DNA from: Lophium mytilinum
Lineage: Eukaryota
Assembly: GCA_010093605.1 (NCBI GenBank)
Contig: MU004192.1
Location: 318,882-382,881, forward strand
Length of the DNA: 64,000 nt
Direction: 5' to 3'
Position 1 is the first letter of the stretch, and each line of letters begins with the position of its first letter. Made by a program: the position numbers and the translations under genes. The notes under the pieces are model-generated. The model saw only the letters and a program-made list of their open reading frames with translations. It was not told the DNA's origin and searched no databases. Positions 9,661 to 18,399 of this stretch are shown piece by piece.

Positions 9661-12563
9661 AGTAGATGGCAAAGTAAATGGCAAAGGTATATGGTAAAAG
9701 TAGAGGATAGGTTTAGATAACGAGAAAATGAAGCGAGCCTACGAGGCAGTAGATGACACGTATATCAAGTCAAGTAGATGAGACAGTAGATGAGAGAAAG
9801 ATAGCAAAGAGATGAAACAAGTACCAAAGAAGAAGATAGGAAAAAGATAGCGGAACTAAATGGCAGAAGATATCAGCTAGAGGCGTTAGCACCTACAATG
9901 TGAGCGAGAGAGCAAAGGCCGAAGCCCGATTGAAAAAGAGAGGAGGATGCCCTTCCTATGTACTGTGGCCAAGATGCTAGCCTGGGCAGTACCATTCTTT
10001 CTGGCCCATTCATGACAAATTGGCCGCGAGGAAGGATTAAGCGGCCAGCAATACTCTCCCATGGTTTTCTTTCTGCTACGAGATTCTATTAATAGCGTTA
10101 CAAGTCGTTCCAAAGTATTGTCGTTTTCGTCGAGTGATGATATTCTTAATATCCACCAACAAAAAGGTCGAATTACGCGGTCTTTTTTGGTTCTGAAAGA
10201 CAGCGAGCAGAATGTGAGCGTTTAGATCGCACGGCCAGTCGACCGGCGGAGCCCCCTCTCAAGTTTGTTCTGTTCCTGCGTAGTCCGCTCTAGATATCAG
10301 GCTTCATATCGTGAGTCGGGATGGCAAGTAGTAGACACGTAGAATATTGCTGCAGCTAGGCCTAGAACCACGGCGAACTATGGGACTTAGCTTGGGGGCT
10401 TGTGCTCGAGGCCTGCACTCTACCGTGTCTACGAAACATGGCTCGGCCCGCAAACGGCCTTCCAGGTAAACAGTCGCGGTTTTGTAGGCGCGTAGTCACG
10501 TGATATAAGGCGGTGAAGGTGATGCGGCCTTCAGGATTCTACTCACAATAGTGCTTCTACTACCAGAATGTAAACTAAGTAAATCGGCAGAATTAGTGTC
10601 ACTCTTAACACGGGCCATGCAGCGTATATCACATTTGTGTTGGGGGTCACGATTTGGCGTACCGAAATGCGGGCTGGTGGCACGGGCCCTAGAGCCTGAG
10701 CTTCCACAAATCTGGCTTAGCGCGCGCCCCCACAGACGTCAAGTCATGGCCATCGTGAGAACTTTTTTTTTCTGAGGGCGAACCAATGGTTGAAAATTTG
10801 CGGAATTTGCCAAGAAGGCTACGATGACTAACCTCTCAGCCACCAGCAAGTTTTAATATTTGTTGTGCATCAAAATTGCGAGCTTGGTCCAGTATGAAGT
10901 CCAGGGCTTACTAGGACGGAAAGGTAGCGAGCTTGTAAAAAATTGACGAGATTCAATCTGGAAGATGTAGAGCTTAAGACGCTACTTTACGATAAGGCGC
11001 GTTCGGTGAGGCTACTTAGAAGACAGAAAACAATTCATAACCTCCAAATCTTTGAAGTGATCTTGTCGACTAGACTATTGAATGAGAACGAATTTGCATC
11101 TGTCAAATACCGCTGGCATAGCCTAAGAAGCCATGCCAGCGATCGCAACCGTGAGATGAACTTCTTCCTTCAGTCATGCCCATGGCCCTACGCGCTTTGC
11201 TGCTGTGTTTTGGTCGGCTGCGGTATTTATGACCGATTCACACCATCAGCACATTCTTCTCATAGAAGAGCTACTTCGCTGAGGCTGTGGTCATACCGTT
11301 ATGCTGTTTGCCGTGTATCGAGTTGATGATGGGCGCTCGCGTTGCGCCCGGGCCGCAAAACCTTTAGGGCTGGTGGCTGCCCGGCACAAGCGCTAGCAAA
11401 ATTCCAAGTAATTATCATCCACCAAATCCCACCAAATAGTCATCTACATCGTCACGATCTAATATAGCTACTGATCTGCAGTCTTCCTCGACTCTTCGTT
11501 ATTTGAAGGCTTTCGAATAGCGTCAAAAGTGCCTGAGGCCGTTCAAGTCGACTATCAGCACTGACCGATCACGGAGGTAGAGACACATTGCAGCAAAAGC
11601 CGCCCGTGGAAGCACTGCTAGTCCATGGAGGCCGAGATAATGTACAGGCTTGGTTGGTTGTTTGCAGTGTCGTCATTCGAACGAAGAACGGCAGCTGCAG
11701 TGATAGGGCGGCGTGTCCCCCACGAATAAGGAAAGAACGCATGAACTATGCAACAAAGGGACCAATATCGACGACCCCAGCTCTCAAAGACACTGGAGCG
11801 TCTGAAACAATCCCATAGAGCATTAACATCATATTTGAAAAGGCGTAGAGGGTTTTTTGGCCTTGAGGGCTCGCTTGCAGCCCTGCTGCATAAGGCCGTC
11901 ACTTCTTCATCAATCTAGAGCAGAATGTAGATTACATTTTCTATTACTTCCAAAGACCTCATTGGGTTCCAAACAATGATATACGACCGTGTTCCATGTC
12001 CAGTGTTGGTTCTAGGCCGCGCAACCTCTCTCAACCCTGGGCAGGACGGGCCAGCCAGCTGTCGCATATTGTCAGTTGCCATAACCCTACCTAGCCACTT
12101 CTCCTCTTAGTCGTCTGTTCAATGATCCAACCGCAATTCTCAAGTGCTGGGGGTTTCTTTTACGGCTCTAATGACCTTATTGGCTTGGTTGGCCGTCAGT
12201 GACGCCAGCTCGTGTGCCCGTGAACCGGCAGCCCCACCCAAGCCATTTCGACACGCCCTAGATTGTTATACAGCTGCGGTTCCATATATTGGCTTACCAG
12301 TTCGACGCAAGAGAAGTGTCCTCTTGCTATGAGTCCCACAGTTGGTGCTAAGAGTACAAATGCCACGAGAGCCCGCCCTCTGCTTCCTCTCTGCATACAC
12401 ACTCACAAGCACTTTGACGTGACCAACGACAACAACCTTCTTCCCTTGACTTTGCCCACTGTGACAAGTGACCCTACCTCTCACGAAGCCTCTCTCAAAG
12501 CCCTCATAACTTCCAAAACCACTAAAACCTCCATAACCTCCCAAACCTCCACCCAACGTCAAG

Positions 12564-13427
12564 ATGTCCACTAGCCACAAGTGTACGCATGGCGACTGCG
12601 AGGCAACTTTCAAACATAAACGGGATGTGCAGAGACACATCAACAACGTTCACTTCAAGATAAAGGCGTTCAAATGCGAAGAGTGCGGCAAGGAGTTCAC
12701 CAACAAAACAAAGCGCCAGAACCACGTCGACGGGGTACACAAGCTCAAAAAAAAGTACCCATGTCGATCTTGCGGGAAGGCCTTCACAGGCTCAGACGGC
12801 CGGGCAAATCACGAACGCCTTGTGCACAGAAACAGGCTCGTACAGCCCGCTTCAAGCACCAACCCGCTGGCAACTTCCTTGCCAGCTCCTTCTCAAGGCC
12901 CCGTCTGGGTGCCAGACTCCTCGTTGGCCGCCACCACCCGGCCTACATCTACCAACACCCTCCCCTTCGCTTTTCCGCCGTCAACAGAGCCTTTTATAGG
13001 CGAGTTGGCCGAATATACGCCTCTTGAGGCGATTCACGACAACCACCTGGCCATCGAGGCCCAGCAAACCGTGGCCTCTTTCGAGGCCGACCCCTACGAG
13101 CTCTCGCAGCTGATCTCGTACGACACCGGGTGCGAACTCGACACCTGGCTCGCTTCGCTCGGCGAAAACCAGCCGAACGAGGCCTCTTTCGAGGGAGTTT
13201 CCACTTCCGGGCCCTCGAACAACCACACGGAGGGGAGGGTTCCGGAAGCCCTCAAGAAATTCCAGAGGGAATATCCTCTAGAGGACTTGGCCGGACTCCC
13301 CCTCGAAGACGGAGAGGGGCTTGTGTGGACTTTGGATCTGAACGAGCTTCGCTGGGAGTGCCCCAGTGCCAACAGGGCCTTCTTTTGTTTTGAAGTCGCG
13401 GTGAGCGAGTTGGACACAGCTTGCTAG
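12564..13427 (+). CDS. Intronless protein with three C2H2 zinc fingers and an acidic C-terminal region
   Basis: CTHGDC...HINNVH, CEECGKEF...HVDGVH and CRSCGKAF...HERLVH in tandem; 287 aa. Confidence 0.8.
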   Translation: MSTSHKCTHGDCEATFKHKRDVQRHINNVHFKIKAFKCEECGKEFTNKTKRQNHVDGVHKLKKKYPCRSCGKAFTGSDGRANHERLVHRNRLVQPASSTNPLATSLPAPSQGPVWVPDSSLAATTRPTSTNTLPFAFPPSTEPFIGELAEYTPLEAIHDNHLAIEAQQTVASFEADPYELSQLISYDTGCELDTWLASLGENQPNEASFEGVSTSGPSNNHTEGRVPEALKKFQREYPLEDLAGLPLEDGEGLVWTLDLNELRWECPSANRAFFCFEVAVSELDTAC

Positions 13428-13459
13428 ATACCTGTGGCGTTATGGACGTTTTTTGATAC

Positions 13460-13530
13460 TTCTTCTGCTTTTTCTGCTTTTTCTGCTTGTGTTGCTTGTG
13501 TTGCTTGTTCTGCTTGTTCTGCTGCTTTCT
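13460..13530. repeat. Degenerate 9-bp minisatellite (TTCTGCTTT/TGTTGCTTG)
   Basis: About 7-8 units directly downstream of the zinc-finger stop codon. Confidence 0.75.
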
Positions 13531-13866
13531 GTTGTATCTACGAGTTGGCGTTATGGTGGAATATACCCCGAGTACCCGGAGCCTTAGTGCCAGTTGGTCT
13601 TGTCGCTTTTTCTATCTTTTTTGACGGAATCTAGTTACGACTTCATGTTTTTCGACCATATTGTTTACCCAAAAGGTAGCTTAGCTGGAAACACTAAAAA
13701 AACTATAAATTATTGAAACCTCAATTTGTCACTTGTTATACCGTGAAGCCCTACCCTTTGTACACTTGCGTCGAAAGATATAGACACTTACCGGAGCTAT
13801 AATAGTAACACAACGCATAAGAAGGCCCTCGAGGTACGATAGGAATAACTAAACGTCCCTGTCGTT

Positions 13867-14140
13867 GGCACGTTGTGTACACGTGAAGGCCTTCTTCGTA
13901 GGCACGTTTAGTAGCCTCAAAGGCCGCTTTTACCAGTTTAACTATCCTAACATGCTTTATCGCTTTTTCTACTGTTGCTACCATAAGCGTGCATTACTAT
14001 ATAGCAAAGCGTGGTCAGTTCTGTAAGTTGTTCCAGGATATGTTTATTACTTTGTGGGCACGTTGTGTCTACGAGAAGGCTACTATAGGAACTTATTCTA
14101 GTCTTTCTAGTAAAAGGCCCTCTATTACTTTAACATCTTC
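13867..14140. repeat. Diverged direct duplication, period ~190 bp
   Basis: GGCACGTTGTGT...GAAGGC...TAGG...AAAGGCC.CT.TTAC...TTTAAC at 13867 and 14057. Confidence 0.55.
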
Positions 14141-14199
14141 AAATAGCCATCTTCAGGCAGTCGCGAGAACGGGCTACGTGCGCGTTCGTTTTGCCGTCT

Positions 14200-14980
14200 T
14201 CCTGACACTGTCTGGCGTGCCGTAGAGCTTCACACAATATCAGAGCAGTATGTAAAGGTTCCGACACCTCAGATCACAGCTTACGGTATACCGACTGTTT
14301 GACGCCCTGTTGCCACTGTCAGAGGTGCCCTAGAGCCTCACGAAATATCAGGATAGTATGTAACGTTTCCGACACCTCAAATCACACCTCACGAGATACG
14401 TGCTGTTTGACAACCTGTCGCCACTGTCTGGCGCGCCATGGAGCCTCACGAGATACCAGAACAGGATGTAAAGTTTCCAACACCTCAAATCACATCTTAC
14501 GAGATACTGACTGTTTAATACCCTGTTGCCACTATTAGAGGTCCTCCGTAGCTTTAAGAGTAATCCAAACACGATGTAACGCTTCTGAGTATGTGATTTG
14601 CACAGTGACTACTCGGAACATTCCTGACGCTGTCTGGCGTGCCCTAGAGCCTCGTGAAATAACAGGAAGGATGTAAAGTTTCCGACGCTTCAAATCACAT
14701 CTTACGAGATACGTACTGTTTGACACCCTGTCGCCACTGTTAGGGTGGCTTTGTAGCTTCACGAGAAATCTAAACGCGATGTAACGTTCCTGAGTATGTG
14801 AATTGCACGGTGACTGCTCAGGACATCACCAGGCTATTGGAGGCACTCTGAAGCATGCGAAATAACTTAGACGTAATGTAGAGTTCCTTAAGGTCTAGAT
14901 CGTATAGTTAGTACTAGGAAAGCTGGGGACACCGATATGCCATCCGGGCACCTCTAGGCGATACCAGAAAATCCGAGCAC
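14200..14980. repeat. Tandem array of 108/97-bp units
   Basis: ATGTAA anchors at 14250, 14358, 14466, 14574, 14671, 14779 and 14876 (ATGTAG at the last). The 108-bp units share CAAATCAC...ACGAGATAC...CTGTTTGA...GCCACTGT. Confidence 0.9.
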
Positions 14981-16290
14981 GATGTCAAGGTCCTCGCAAC
15001 GCAAATCAGGCATCAATCGGTACAATCGGAGCGCAGTGTTAGCTGACCCTCATGCTATTAATCGTGCCGCTCTTCTTTGAAGACTGGCGCTGTTGCTACA
15101 CCCCTCTGTGTGAGGGAGGAACGAGTAGACCTCAACCTCCTCACGAGGCAAGCGCTCTGTACGAGCTGTTTACAACAGCTCGTTCAGAGCTTCATCTTCC
15201 TAGATATATCAATCAACCTTTCGCATATGCACGCAACGTATACGTCGTGACCAGCGTGACACTCTGGACCCCCCCCGGCTAACTCAGAAATTCTACCCGC
15301 GATGTCAAAGTCCTCGAAGCGCAAATCAGGTGTTAGTCACTACGACCGTAGCGCCGCATTAGTATTCTCTCATGCCCTAAATCGTACGGCTCTTCTTCAA
15401 GAACTAGCACTATTGCTACACCCCTCTGGCTCCCCGGGCTAACTTGGAAACTCTACTTACGATGTCAAAGCCCTCGTAACGCGAGTCAGGCGTCTGTTAC
15501 TACAATCGTAGCGCAGTATTAGTCGTCTCTTATACTCTGAATCGTATAGCTCTTCTTTGAAAGCTTGCGCTATTGCTACACCCTCTAGCCCCCCCGGGCT
15601 AACCTAAAATTTTTACCTACGATGTCAAAGTTTGCACACCGTGGGTTATACAGCAAATAGTTAGCATGCTAATATGTGATCTTTTATCTCTATATCGCAA
15701 ATCACACCTATCTGCATGAAATCTTGGCGACGTGGGCATACTTCTATGGTCCTCTTGGTCTAACCCACAACTGCCAACCCCGATGTCAAAGCCAACACCC
15801 TGTGATTCACACTGCAGTCACTTAACATCTTATTAGCCATAGAGGGGTTTATATTGCCTAGATTATACTAATATCTTTATTATCCTGGCGCGTTCTACAA
15901 CCCTCTATGGTCCATCAGGCCAATATAAAAATTCTCTCCTAGTATGTCAACGACCTCACACTGCGAACCACACCCAATTACTTTGCATACAGACATACCT
16001 TTAACTACTCTAAACAACCTAGATCGCACCTATCCTCTCAATACGTTGACAACGTATGCACGCCTCTGTACTCCCCCAGGCCCATCCCAAAACTCCCCCC
16101 TACGATGTCAAAGACCTCACAGCGCGAACCACACCCCAATCACTTTGCCCACAAATTCCCATTAACAACCTAACAAACCTGAGCCACACCTACCTCTCCA
16201 ACACATTGCCAACGTACACACCCCGCTCTACTCCCCCCAATCTATCCCAAAATCTCACCCGCGCTGTCAAAGACCTCCCATCGCCCATCA
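14981..16290. repeat. Tandem array of ~160-bp units, progressively diverging
   Basis: GATGTCAA(A)G anchors at 14981, 15301, 15461, 15621, 15782, 15943, 16104 and 16263. Confidence 0.9.
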
Positions 16291-16559
16291 CACCCTCCTC
16301 CGCAAGCCCAGCTCACCCGTTCAGGGACCCCTTCGACGTCGCATTAAGCTCATCAGAGCGCAGCCAATCGAGCCCGCGTCTCCCCTGAGCAGGACCCTCG
16401 ATGCACCCAAGAATAGAGATCGGAGCTGATCTCCGGAGCCCCACGTCGTGTCCACAAGGCTGCAGGAGAGGGACCCGGCGTGTGGCAAAGCTTACTTGGA
16501 CGTCGGGTGGGGAAAGGTTATGTGGACGTCGGGTGGGGTGGGCGAGGTTCTGGCGCGAG

Positions 16560-17100
16560 AGATAGCGGATTTGATATAAGTTCTGGCGGGAAAGGCGGCG
16601 CAACGAGCATCGAAGTTGTACGGAGACCGTTAAATGCGGCTGAATCGTCGCTACAGCTTCTTATAGTTGTTATAGCTGAAGTTTTCGCGTTGGTGCAGGG
16701 CGAGGTTGACGTTCGCCCGCAATATATGGCGGTTTTGGTAGAGGTTTCAGCGGAAGGGCGGCACAACGTGTATGAAAGTTGTACGGAGAGGGTTAGATGC
16801 GGCGAAATTGCCGCTACAGGTCTTTGTAGTTGCTATAGCTGAGTTTTCGCGTTGGTGCAGGGCGAGGGTTGAGGTTCTGGTGCAATATCTGCCAGTTTGG
16901 ATGGAAGTTCTGCCTGAAGCGAGGGGCAGCAACGACCACCGAAGTTGCACGAAGAGCATTAAATGCCTATCTCTTGCCACCTCCGCCCTTTATAGTTGTG
17001 CTAGTTGAAGTTGTCATATTGATGCAGGGCGAGGGTTGAGGTTCTGGCGTAATATCCGCCAGCTTTGATAGAAGTTCTGCCTGAGGGAGCCGCAACACCT
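16560..17100. repeat. Tandem array of 162-167-bp units (~3.3 copies), G/T-rich
   Basis: GCAGGGCGAGG anchors at 16695, 16857 and 17024, with shared GAAGTTG.ACG...TTA.ATGC...TAGTTG blocks. Confidence 0.87.
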
Positions 17101-17854
17101 TGCGCTGTCACAAGAACACAATTATGTGTGTCCCATTCTGCTTCCGCTAATGTTCCATAATGCCATTGTGCTTGAAGCCTTCGCAATTGTCGTGAATGAG
17201 AGGGCCTATTCGTGGGCGCGGAAGCGTTCGGGGGAATGTATGGCACGATGATTAAAAAAGCGGGGCGAGGTGAGACATTCTCCAACGAACCCTCTGGCCA
17301 AGGGCTACTAGCTGTCCTTCTCTTTCAAAAAGACAGTAGGACCTACATAGTAGTACGCTGAGGGAGTCATAGTGCGCTCTGAGGCTCCGGGTCTGAACCA
17401 AAGTAGGCGGAGGAGGAAAGTCTGCATCGTTCCACGAAATATCACATATGTAGACGGTCGGCATCACACTCGTAGGTCGCTGCTCGTAGGTCCAACGGAG
17501 AAACGGGAGTCTGCATTCTAAATAGGAGAATCTGCGATGCAGCGTGCATGATCGGCAATGGCGGCGTCTCGAGACCGCCGAATGACTGGCGCAGGCCAAA
17601 GACCTTGATGCACTAGAGGAGTGCCTGATGAGATGATCGAATGCCTGAGAACCTGAACATCGCTGAAGTGTTTGCCTCGATGGGGTTGCCGTTGGCATCG
17701 TGGGCCTTGACGTAGTTCAAGAAGGACGTCGTGGCAAGTAGGGAATTAGGTAAGCAGGACCGTGAATGCATCTTAGGCCAAGCACGAACCACTTAGATGG
17801 CCTGAAAATTGAAAGATTAGGCCATAGATCTGGGCACATAGATCTGAGCGTCAG

Positions 17855-18180
17855 AGTGCTGCTTTTGGAGACTAGATAGCACTGTCAGGAGAAGCTCCGT
17901 AGTGAGGAAGCCTTTAGGTCAAAAGGCACTTCAGATTAACCACTATTGCTCGAGTGCCGCTTTTTGAGGCTGAACACCACTGTCAGGGGCGGCCCCATCG
18001 GCAGGAACCAATTCAGTCAAGGGCAGCGCAGATTCCGCTACTGGACTTACAGCACTCGTCCATAACTCTGGGCCCGTAGATCCTACTACCTGTGTGCCAC
18101 AGTTGGAAACTAGACACCACTGTCAGGAGAAGCCCCGTAGCTAGGAAGCCTTCCTACCAAAAGTCAACTCAGGTTCCGCT
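17855..18180. repeat. Three diverged direct repeats
   Basis: CACTGTCAGG anchors at 17880, 17978 and 18118; copies 1 and 3 share GAGAAGC.CCGTAG..AGGAAGCCTT....CAAAAG. Confidence 0.7.
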
Positions 18181-18399
18181 GTGCAAAATTTGACATCACG
18201 TCTAGATTATTAAAAACCTATCAGGGCACCTCGAGCAGTGGTAGACTAGAGTAACATAGACATATGTCTAGTACTGCTTTACAGAATTAAGACTTAACTA
18301 CTAGAATACCTACATATAAAAGTATGCTCTAAATATAAAACGCCGCGCCTGCATGCAGTGTCTAATGCCAAACATCTAGAACAGCAGAGCATGTCTAAC

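Noticed and set aside
9886..12400. Short ORFs (60-127 aa) as a transposase or partner gene for the ZF island
   Set aside because: No DDE, RT, HUH or tyrosine-recombinase motifs, no codon bias, and frames could not be joined convincingly.
13094..13634. Minus-strand frame encoding QAEQATQATQAEKAEKAE repeats
   Set aside because: It is a translation of the 9-bp minisatellite, broken by stops and partly antisense to the ZF gene.
14299..17285. ORFs within the satellite arrays as repeat proteins
   Set aside because: Periods of 97, 160, 161 and 167 are not multiples of three, and frames close in most units.
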